This document shows positions 1 to 10,793 of a stretch of 54,711 bases of DNA, one piece after another. Under the pieces are notes generated by a model, which did not search any database, had not been told where the DNA came from, and saw only the letters and a program-made list of their open reading frames with translations. The first letter of the stretch is position 1, and every line of letters starts with the position of its first letter. Where the stretch lies: the NCBI GenBank assembly GCA_001600815.1, contig BCKZ01000046.1:1-54711 (forward strand). The letters run 5' to 3'. The position numbers and the translations under genes were made by a program. The DNA is from Alloascoidea hylecoeti (Eukaryota).

Positions 1-706
1 ACACAAATGATTAAATAATTGTAGTTAGTGTCAGGTAATTAAAATATTCTCATTAGTATTATCCCGGAACAAATGTTTAAGGGATGATTCACACCATTAT
101 TATTTTTCTCTGCTGCTAATTATATGCCATGAAAATTACTAATAATTCTTTCACATGATGTGTTAATATTATTCACAAATTATATTAATATATTTTCACA
201 AATCTTACTATTTATAACAATAGCAATTCGTTAATTAAGTTCACACAAATCATTATAAAGTATAATTTATATCTTGTGTTAACGTTATATTTTGTTACAG
301 ATTTGTTTTGCCTATTATTATCTTTACAGATCTGTCTTTTAATAAATAGTACTAAATAATAAACATTAGAATATATAAAGGCTATATAATCCTACTTATA
401 ATAAATTTACTGAGAATAGTTTGATTTTAATTTTTCCCAACCTATATTTTTAATATACAAGATTATAGCGCTACACCACATAGTATAAAATGTAAGAAAA
501 TTTAAAGCAGTAAACTAAAAAATCTCACAAATAGGACACAAGCATATAGAGCAGTTGATCATGAGCACTCACCTCACCAGAAATCGAATACTTTCCAACA
601 TAATTGTTTAACTACTTCATATTTCATTTATCAAACCTTTTAGCAAGCTCTTATTGTGCACGATAGAAGTATTTTAGATCGGGTTGGTTTTCTGTTTTCC
701 ATCACT

Positions 707-774
707 TCACTTCAAGACTTCTTCTGGATTGAATGGTGATATACCTGTTATTTTAAAACGAGATGTTATATAAA
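707..774 (-). mobile_element. Short remnant resembling the C-terminal part of a pogo/Fot1 (Tc1-mariner, DDE_1) transposase
   Basis: Minus strand reads ITSRFKITGISPFNPEEVLK*, matching the IxxxFxxTGIxPFNPxxVL motif that follows the DDE domain of pogo/Fot1 transposases. Only ~20 aa. Confidence 0.4.
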
Positions 775-943
775 ATAATTTTAGGTATAACTACGCTTAT
801 GATAAATTACAGATACATATATAAATTAGACTCCCGGGCCAATTAAGGTTAAATATTAAGTTTATATACTTTATATCAATTGCATCTTGAAAAGCTTCTA
901 GGTCTACATAATAGATGTAGTATTAGAGTGGCGGCCCAATTCC

Positions 944-1745
944 TTAGTCCGATCCATAATAAAAACAGTCAAGTGGATATTTACCTTTAGCTGTTCCACC
1001 TAGTAACATAGCATAATAGGCACCATCCAACACAACATTTCCAACATAGGGAAACTCGGCTCTTGTTGGTCGTAGGTTTATAAGCCATCCATTCCAACAT
1101 TTGAGTAGCAATAATTGTTTCTGAACAAAAACTTCATAAACAGGAAGTTTAATACTTAAATCACCTCTTGCAACCATAATACCATCAGTTTCTTTTAAAA
1201 TATCATCAAAAGTATTAACACCTTGTTAATTTTCAATTTTACTGATGATTTATTTAATTATATCAAGAAATAAATCAATATTAAATACTAATAATACTTC
1301 TTATCTGTCAATTATTATATCATAGTCTATAATATATAATATTTTGTCTCATCTTAAAACCACTTCGAAGTTGAGATGCTTTCAATTCTTATTGTTTATC
1401 AACTTAACTAATCTACCATGACGATATATGTCTGTGTGTGTGTGAGAAACATGACTTTATCATAACAGGCTTTGGCATAGGCTTCATCTAGAGAAAATAT
1501 CATTTCATGACAAGCTTCGATTGGATAATCCACATCACCAACTGTTGCATCCTGATTTTGGTTCCCTTTGTATTTAAAGCAATAGCTAGAGGACGACCAA
1601 CCTCTTCAGAATTACGGGCAGTGTCAACAACGGTTTAATGATATTCGTAAAAACCGAGAAGTTTATTCTAATATTATTTAGTTTATCATTTCTTAATTTA
1701 ACCCCCATATCCATATTAACTAATAGTTTTTGGGCCTATTAATTA
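944..1745 (-). pseudogene. Pyruvate kinase pseudogene (CDC19/PYK-like)
   Basis: Colinear PK motifs across frames: [114 protein letters not shown]. Has in-frame stops, frameshifts and deletions (ATQMLESM motif missing). Confidence 0.92.
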
Positions 1746-3049
1746 TCGGAACATGTTTATTATTTAAAGTTGGATCAAGACATTTTTATACATGAGTTCA
1801 TTGAACACGGAGGTATACTCTCAGATGTTCCGGATTTAGTGTTTCCGTGGTCATATTTTTAGGCCTTTATATTTGGTACCCCATTTTTACTGATGGATTA
1901 GGCAATTCGAATGAACAAAATGTCCATTTACTCGTATATTAACGGACATTTTGTTTCACTTTTGAATTTCCATGTGACAAGCAGAATTAGCCAGATTATA
2001 TCCTAATTATAATACAGTTGGGAATATAATATAAATCTAAAGAATTTTACATTTATAAAAAAAAATATGTTAATATTTATTACTATTTATATGATATAAT
2101 ATATATTAAGCGCCACATGTTAACGATATTTACAATCTAAGAAAATAGATATATATACTAACTTTCATCATTATATATATATATTAATTATTAACAACCT
2201 TAAAATTTTAAAACATCTTAATTAATATAAGATTCTGATTCCTTTTACTGAGTGAATATAAAATAGCTTTTATATATAAAGTTCCTGTAAGAGTTATTCT
2301 CTTAAAGTGATTACAAAGAACAGAAAGGGTGACAACAATAGAAGCTTTCAAAATTTTGAAGCCCATGTATAAGTTGATGTTGTTTTGTCCCGCCAAAAAA
2401 GAGGTATGTTTCAAATTTAAATAAATCATAAATTGAAAAATATTTATATTTCAGAATCAAATTGAATAAACCTCAGCTTTCTTAAGTGGTAAGGCTTTAA
2501 AAAGGATAGAAAACTCGATTTATTTTACATAAATCTGTTAACTATGACTCTTAAATATGAACTTATTCATTTCTAAAAAAGGGAGATGCCATAAGATATC
2601 ATCATTAGTAAATATTGGTGAATCCCAAAAACGACAAGAAAATCATTCAAAAGTCTTGGACTTCTTCTCGTTGCTTAATTAGAGCCGGTAAGTCACTATT
2701 TTATATCCCAGTTGGAATGTTGTCATGCAAAGAAATCAAAGTCATATATATATATATATATGATCAATGAGAAAAGTGTTAGAGTGGGATGTGTGATATA
2801 ATATACTCCTGTACTCAATTATACGTAGGTTCTTGTTGATAGCTTACACTGATGTTCATCATATCATAGGTTGAATCCAAGAAATGATACCTTTAGCAGA
2901 GTGTTCCGAGTTTAATGTTCCACTCTGTGCCCAAGTAATTAGAAAAATATGGTGATATTATGGCAGATAAAGCATCTTTGATAATTAAGATCTCAGAAAT
3001 AAGGATTTATTTGAATACTTTAAACTTATCTATTTACAATTACTTACCT

Positions 3050-4290
3050 ACTATTACCATTTTCCATATAAATGAATCAATAACACTGCAAAGCTATCAA
3101 TGAAAATAATAATGGCTTACTTTAATATATTACCAATCATCGAAAGTAATTTTGCTAAGTGATGAATGAAGAAAACAATTGTTTAAAATTTTCAGGTCCT
3201 CAAAATTTATACGGTACATATTAGAAGAATTCTTTTCAGTTTAAACAAAATTTGGGTTTTGATCATTTAAATTCCGAATCCTCATAGCACCCTTTTGATA
3301 AACAGAATTGATATTTTTATTCTTTATACACAAACTGCATACAATTTTATCTGCAAAAGTATTTTATTTGATTGTAAATCCCAAACTATTATTTTGTCAA
3401 ATCCAGCAGCAAGTATTGATCTTTTACTGCCATACATAGTGCATCAAACCCAAATTCTTTGATCATTTGACTAGTCTCAATAATATAAAATACCATCTTG
3501 AGCGTAAACACTACTATCGGCCTAGACCCCTTCTTTTTTTAAACAGTGCTGAAAATTAAACCGTACTTTATCATGATGTTCAGTATTATCAAGACTTGAT
3601 TTCCAAACCCAATGTAACCATCTTCCCCAGGGCATGCAATATAATCATTATATATAAAGAGACCAGCTATTTTATCAGGTATGATCAAACGATCCACTGG
3701 TTTGAAATCTGGTAATTTCCAAATTACACAAGATTCATCCCGTGAACCAGAAACCAAATATTTGTCATTAATACCCATACAATTAACACCATCTGGATGA
3801 AATTTGATATCGGAATCTCTCGTAAATTCTAATAATCACATTCGTAATCTTCTCAAAATAACAAGAATTGGTTCATCTTAAACTTTTAAACATTCAAGAG
3901 CTTCACTGTGCCAAATTTTTATTGTGCCATCGTATGAACTAGTTACAATCCAATTCTTAAAAATTTTAACATAAAATTGTTTGTCAGTTTCACCACTTAA
4001 TTTATACTGTGTCAAATAATCCTTTTCCCAATTCAAATACAAAAGATATCGTTATTTAAATAGTTCATACTAAGGGTCAGTTTCAGATTCATCATTATTG
4101 TATTCCCAAGATTCTTGTTCTTGAAACTTTGATTTCCATATATCATCATCATCAGCTATTTTTTTCCAATTATTAGATACTCCTCTATAATCAACTAAAG
4201 TTTTTGGTGAGAAATTTCTGAAGATTAAATCATTCGATTAATCAATGAATTAATCGACAAAATCGATTCTGGTATCAAAAATCAGTGAGA
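3050..4290 (-). pseudogene. F-box/WD40-repeat protein pseudogene
   Basis: F-box-like IDFVD*...LIFRNFSPKTLVDYRGVSNNWKKIADDDDIWKSKF, followed by WD repeats (WIVTSSYDGTIKIWH; YLVSGSRDESCVIWK; YIACPGEDGYI; ILAAGFDKIIVWD). Multiple stops and frameshifts; ends approximate. Confidence 0.85.
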
Positions 4291-5377
4291 AAATGAAGAT
4301 TGTTGAAATGGTTGTTGTTGATGTAGTGCTTGATATAAGAATCAAAGAATGCCGTTAAGTAGCTATTTAGTTATAAGGAATACTTCTTTTTTTATACTAC
4401 GATCAAGAAAAGAAAAAAAAAGAAAAATAATATTTTAATTTAACGCTACCATATATTTCTAATCTCAGCTCCCTTATTTCATAAATATCTTCGAAACCTT
4501 AAATTCAAATATGCTCACGAGCCAAATTTTTTTTTTTTTCTTTCATACATTTTATATTAAAAGTATAACTATTTAAGCTAAACTATTAAGTTTAATCTGC
4601 GAAACACTATGCACTATTTAGGAATGGTTTGGATTTTTGTGGAGTATTTAGTGGGTGTATAACAGTTCATTTTTTGGCGTGGTGGTGTAAGAAAAAAATC
4701 CGCTTATTCAAGCTTTACCCGACTGTATCTGCACACCATCTAATATATCTATTCAAGTGTTTTAACTATAGCTATGAAAACTCTAGGACCTTTTCAGAAC
4801 AATATATTATATCTAAATCATAATCGATTGATTTATGTTTTAGTTTTTCAATCATACATTATTAATATGAGGGTAGAAACTCATCAATAAATCTTATATA
4901 GGTGCCAAACATTGGTGTATAAAGTTTCCTATGAATAGTAGTCATCATGGCCAAATATCTAGTCCTCCAGGGGTTGGAATTAAATGAAATAACTTAACGG
5001 TATTAAAAGTTTAGTTAAATAACTAAGCTAATCATTCGTTATAAAATAATGTTTAACAAATTATTTCAACATTATTGTACAATTTGGACACAATACGTAA
5101 ATATACCTGAATGAGGTAGGAAAATATTCGTTAAGAATGAGGGTAATTATACTGCGCAACTCTTATAAAAAACATATCAAATTTCCAGTTTTCAAATCAA
5201 ACAAAAATCAACTACTTATGCAAATAAAACAATTTCTAATAATAATATAACACCAGTTGTAACAATAAATGAACAACACTAGTACAGTATTTATATGGTG
5301 TTTCTATAACACCATTCCAAATATTTGTATCATCAAGCATAGACAATTATGAAATTTCAACTCTAGAACAAAGCCTT

Positions 5378-7144
5378 CTATACCTTTTGGTCAGTTGTGG
5401 CGTTTTCGTCTTGTTTTTTCTCTAATGCAGCATAACCATATCGGCTTCTTTCTCTTAATTTAGCACCATATTTTTCGAAAAACCATGGCACTGGAAGAAG
5501 TGCTAATGCAACGAACCCAAATAATGATGATGCCCAATCAATTCCTAATTTATTATACATTTGAACTGTAAACAATGGAAAAACACAAGCCACAATATAC
5601 CTTAACAGATTATTTGCTGCTAATGCAGATGCTGTACTGATTGGAGGATATGAAGCTGCAAAGTATGTCATTGCCGTGAAAAAGATAAGAATCAATGCCG
5701 TTCCAAATGGTATACCAGCAAGTGTAGGAACAATCCAATGAACTGAAGCCCTTGCAGACCAGCCATTCCAAAACAATGAAGGTGCTAATATTACCGATCC
5801 AATTTTACATGGTAATAGCATTTCTTCGGGTATTTTTGGTATCATATTACCAAACTCATCTCTTTGACCTCTGGTTCCATCTGCATTCTTAGGATACCAT
5901 ACTGTTCTATCAACATAAATATAAATAGCAACACCAATAACCAAGCCAATACCAATTCCTAAAAATGGTAAACCTGATACGCCTAGTTCCATTTTATAGA
6001 CACCTCTGAAGATAATTGGATATGCCTCAAAAAATCCAAATAAAATTGCAAAAATAAATGCAGTATAAATAGAAAGTACCATTACAATTGGTTCAGAGAA
6101 TAGCATTATCAATGGTCTTGTTAGCACAATTGAAATCAATAATTTAATCATTTCACCACTTGTCATATCAGGTTTTTTTATTTTCAAATTTCTGCTTTTA
6201 GCTCTTTTCTTCATAATTGCTACCTTATAAGTTTCAGGAGCCATTATAATAGTTGGTAAAGAAACTCCCATAAACATTAATTGTACCCAAATAGTCCATC
6301 TCCATCCTTTTCTTTCAGCAACAAACCCACCAATAATTGGACCCAAAACTGGACCAGCAAATGGTGCAAAACTGAACAGACTCATTGCAACTCCAACCAT
6401 GTCGATGTTCCATAAATCAGTAATTGTACCACCAACAATTGCTAAAGCTGGTGAACCAAAGAAGCCATTAAAAAATCTTAATACTAATATTGTTTCAATA
6501 TTTTTCGCTTTTGCAACACCAACGGTAAATGCCATTGAAAGCGGTAAACTTGTAACATAAACAACTTTTCTTCCGAATAACTCAGAAATTGGAGCTCCTA
6601 ATGCTGGACCAAGGCATAATCCAAAAAGGTAGAATGTTAATCCTGATAAAACTAGCTCTTGTGATGCACCCATTTCAACCATCATGGTAGATGTGCCGGA
6701 AACATATAATGATGAACCGAGAGATACCACCATACATAAAAATGCCATCGTAAATGTAACCCCCCATTTCTTTGAATTTGGCCAATTATATGGATTTCCT
6801 GGATCGTTTGGAGAATCCCATGCCATATTTTTAATATCAACACCTTCAGATTCATCATCAACTGTTGACTTTTTTGAAGAATTCTTTCTAAGTTCGTCAC
6901 CTGGACTGAAAGCACCAGCAAAAGATTCATAAGTAGAGACCCTTTTTAATTCTTTTTTTCCTGTAGTCTGATTATCCTTTTCTATATAGGTTTCCGCGGG
7001 TTCATCATCGATATCAGATAAGGATGTCAAATCGTTAAGCTTTGTGGTTATATCCACATCATTACCATTTTCTATATCCTTAGAATCTAATGTTGAAGAA
7101 TTTGAGTCTTCAGACTTATGTATACTTTTAGAGTGGTTTACCAT
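5378..7144 (-). CDS. TPO4: MFS drug/polyamine:H+ antiporter, DHA1 family (Tpo4-like)
   Basis: 588-aa ORF with WDSPNDPGNPYNW, APISELFGRK and ASALAANNLLRY motifs and ~12 hydrophobic segments. Confidence 0.85.
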   Translation of the reverse strand: MVNHSKSIHKSEDSNSSTLDSKDIENGNDVDITTKLNDLTSLSDIDDEPAETYIEKDNQTTGKKELKRVSTYESFAGAFSPGDELRKNSSKKSTVDDESEGVDIKNMAWDSPNDPGNPYNWPNSKKWGVTFTMAFLCMVVSLGSSLYVSGTSTMMVEMGASQELVLSGLTFYLFGLCLGPALGAPISELFGRKVVYVTSLPLSMAFTVGVAKAKNIETILVLRFFNGFFGSPALAIVGGTITDLWNIDMVGVAMSLFSFAPFAGPVLGPIIGGFVAERKGWRWTIWVQLMFMGVSLPTIIMAPETYKVAIMKKRAKSRNLKIKKPDMTSGEMIKLLISIVLTRPLIMLFSEPIVMVLSIYTAFIFAILFGFFEAYPIIFRGVYKMELGVSGLPFLGIGIGLVIGVAIYIYVDRTVWYPKNADGTRGQRDEFGNMIPKIPEEMLLPCKIGSVILAPSLFWNGWSARASVHWIVPTLAGIPFGTALILIFFTAMTYFAASYPPISTASALAANNLLRYIVACVFPLFTVQMYNKLGIDWASSLFGFVALALLPVPWFFEKYGAKLRERSRYGYAALEKKQDENATTDQKV

Positions 7145-7529
7145 AATGTGTATATGAGGTTTGAGGAAATATTAGAATATAAATATACAATAACACCTCT
7201 TTTATATTCAGAAAGAGTTTAAATAATGAAAATAGAAAATAGGGAAATCCGGAATATTTATATCGAGTAAGATGCTAATTCTAATTTAATTTTTATGTGT
7301 ATCGTAAATTGGCCCTCACTAGGACAATAAAGAACTACTTATAGAAAATGCCATAATTAAGAACATGAGGAATACACTGATATCAGTGTCTGTTTTAATT
7401 GATAGAGTGATATAAAGTTATTTAACTGTTCACCTAAACATTAACCTGCATGAACCGAGCTTAGCTAAATGTCTTAAGGTTTAATTTGGTATTTTCAATA
7501 ATTATAATAAACAAAAACAATATACAATA

Positions 7530-9390
7530 TTCACTGAGGTCAATTGCAAATTTGCGATATTTGTGAGATGAAACGTATGACCTTCAAATTTTGTTGAAGT
7601 TCATACTAAAACCAAGGCCAGACTGAAAGTTGAGTTCTTACAAAAAAAAAATGAAAACTGATTTAGAAGCATATTTTATTGAAACATTAAAAGTTTATAA
7701 TTAAAGATAAGCATGCCTGTATATGGCTATGCTGAATATATTTCTTTATTATAATCACAACACAAAAAATGTTTTAAGCAATTCGCTTTCACCAATCCCG
7801 GAAAATATTTTTTTTATTCCCATTAATGATTATAAATCAAGATCAAAGAACTAGTATATAAAACATAAAAACATTATTTACTCATTTACAAAACTAAATA
7901 TTAACTGATCATGAGGTATATAGAAATGAAAATAATAGATGTCGTTAATGTGTGTGAAGTCCCTTGGATACCACGTTTTAACGGTTTTAATAGGAGGTAA
8001 AAAATTATATACTATTCTCTAGGTTTCCTCGTGATAAGAAGGTTTATTCAATAAAAATTAATATTCTAGATCTTAATATTAGTGCATTTGGAGAGGGAAA
8101 CATAGAGATAATAATACGAGAAGCATGGTTTACTGAGGACAATACCAGTAAGACTAAAACATTTCACCTTAGGATTTGTTGATGGTTACCGGAAGTTGAG
8201 TCCTCACAAAACTTTTTCTTATGTAGGAATTTTAAATTAAAATTTTTTAATTAAAGTTAATACAGATAATGGCCATACCACGAGCTTTATGCCAACTATA
8301 CAACTTAAACACAACACAGAAAATGTTCTGATTAAATTCTTCGCAATTAAATTTCAGCGATTTCAACAAATATTTTTTTATTTTATACTCATGATTATAA
8401 ATTGAAACAGTAGTGAAATATTATAACACAAAATCATTATTTATATACAAAAAGAAATGAAACGATTATGTAGAAACGAAATCATTAGATGCTATTGATA
8501 TAGGACTTCCTTGAAAACCACATTTGTAACTATTTTAATAGGAGATAAAAGAACATTTTGTTAGATATTGGTAATCTTGGACATTCTCTGGGGTTTCTTC
8601 GGGATATTTATTCAACAATGTGGACATTTATATTAGTGCATCTAGAGACTGAGTTAATAATATGAGAAGCATTGCATTACCCACTGAGGTGAATACTTGT
8701 AGGATGAAACATTTGATATTTGTCGAAGGTCATAATAAAGCAAGGACAGGCCTGAAATCCACTCCCCGCAAAATTAAAACTGAGATATAAGTGTTTTCTT
8801 GGGAATAGCGACAGTTTTTATTGAAACATTATACCATTCAGCTTTATCACAATACAGTGAGTGTTTTAAATTTTTCGCAATTGACTTTCATCAATATCAG
8901 CGAATATGATAACAATAAAAGTGAATTATATAACACAGAATATTATTTTTATACAAAAAATATGAAGGTAACCTCAGGCTCTTTGTGTTGATTAAGATAT
9001 ATTATACCCTAGATCAAATAAGTAAAAAATGAATTCAGTTATGTAGAAACGAAGATATTAAAAATTGAGGATATAAGACTTCACTTCCCTGAAAAAAATA
9101 TAACCGCTTTAACAGACGGTGAAAGAATATTTTCATTCTTTGGGGGATTCCTCAGAAGGAAATGTGAAAATTCTTTAGAAAATAATTAGTGCATCTTGAA
9201 AGTGAATCATAGAGTTGATAATGCGAGAAGCATTGTTCACTGAGGTTAAAACACTAAGATGAAATTAAAACCTTTGACCTTAGGTTGAAGTTAAAGCAAG
9301 GCCAGACCAGCAGTTGAGTCTTCACAAAATGAAGGCTGACTTATAAGTGTTTCTTAGGAACAGTGACATTTCTAATTGAAACATTAATTT
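7530..9390. repeat. Diverged tandem array, ~550-600 bp period, ~3.3 units
   Basis: Anchor (C/T)ACTGAGG at 7532, 8131, 8682, 9238; TAGTGCAT at 8080, 8634, 9187; GAGAAGCAT, TATGTAGAAACGAA and ATTGAAACATTA recur in register. Confidence 0.85.
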
Positions 9391-10222
9391 AAGACGATAA
9401 GGATATAGGTGAATATTAATATCAATCTATTAATATCAATCGATTAGTAAAAACCTTTCTGATTTAAATATTAATAATGCTAAAAATTTTTAAATGATAC
9501 TTGCTTTTATATATAGGCCTATGGATTAACAATAAATAAGCATGGAGGGGCTTGAGGTCCTAATGTTAATGCTTTTGTCTTACAATAATACATTTTATTG
9601 TTGATTTTAATCTAGATCTAGAATCATTGAGAATAAAAACATAATAGCTGGGGTTGGTGAAAGTCAATTACAATGAATTTAAAACACTCCGTGTGTTGTG
9701 AAAGATATATAGTGTAATAGATATCGATACTCATGGCTTCGTTAGGGACACTGTTATTTTATGGCTTACAATTGTAAACTTGAGACGTTGTAATTACAAA
9801 GTACCACTCAATATTTGCGCAGTATCAATACTCAAATATCCTTAATTTAGAGCTACAATCGGTATCTTCTCCTTTGATACATTACATTACCACTAATTAT
9901 AATATGGATTGACTTTTTGTAGAAATTCCTGGAGTTTACTACATACAATAATGCTAAGAACTCATTTGGCTGGACCCACTAATTATTCGGGCTGGATGAT
10001 CATTGCTCAACAAGCAGCTGATGATGTCAAAACCCTCAATAGCAAAAATACCATTCAATCAATATACTCTGGAGAAATCTTCTAAAAGATATGCCATCTC
10101 AGATCTGCTAATACCTTGCCCGAGATTTGCTATTTCTTTTTGTCACCGACAGTTGTAAGGATGTATTGACTATTGATATTGTTTTCATCTCAAGCATTTC
10201 AAGATCCAGTCATTACTACAAA

Positions 10223-10709
10223 ATGTCCAATCCTGGTATGTCAGCATATTTCAATCCTCTCAATATAAATGAAAAACTAATTAATATATACAAAAATCAT
10301 CATAAATAGAATTACAAACAAAATATAACTCATATAAGCAAACACTTACACAAATATCATCAAAAGTTAGTGAATTAGAAAGCGAAGCAGATGAACATAC
10401 AATCGTAATTAAAACATTAAAAGGAGTTCCAAAAGATCGAAAATGTTTTAGAATGATTGGAGGTGTATTGGTTGAAAAAACAGCTGGTGATGTTATACCA
10501 ACTTTAGAAACAAATGTTAATGGGATTAAGAAAATATTAGAACAATTGTTAAAAGAATATAAAAAAACTGAAACGGAATTTGTTAATTGGCAGGTATGTT
10601 TTTTTTTATAATTGATAATTGTTGGAGATTGAAAATTGAACTTGTGATATAAATACTAACTTACAATTTACAGAAAGAGAAAAATATTAAAGTCGTTTCA
10701 ACATATTAA
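10223..10709 (+). CDS. GIM4: Prefoldin subunit 2; 3 exons (10223-10235, 10310-10593, 10674-10709)
   Basis: Spliced translation MSNPELQTKYNSYKQ...DRKCFRMIGGVLVEKT...KEKNIKVVSTY*. GTATGT donors; TACTAAC branch site in intron 2. Absent from the ORF track. Confidence 0.93.
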
Positions 10710-10793
10710 TTTTGATTTATATATTATTTATATTTATACATATAATATGATTATGATATAAAAATATCCTATCCACCGTGTAAAAAAAATTCA

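Noticed and set aside
1914..1955. 12-bp inverted repeat (AACAAAATGTCC...GGACATTTTGTT)
   Set aside because: Isolated hairpin with no Helitron-type end or target-site duplication evident.
7530..9390. CRISPR-like or tRNA/5S array interpretation of the periodic motifs
   Set aside because: Eukaryotic context, ~555-bp period with homology throughout the units, and no tRNA or 5S structure recognisable.
9951..10085. LAGPTNYSGW, reminiscent of a copia gag N-terminal motif
   Set aside because: Only 44 codons and a single weak motif; no LTR or primer-binding site identified.
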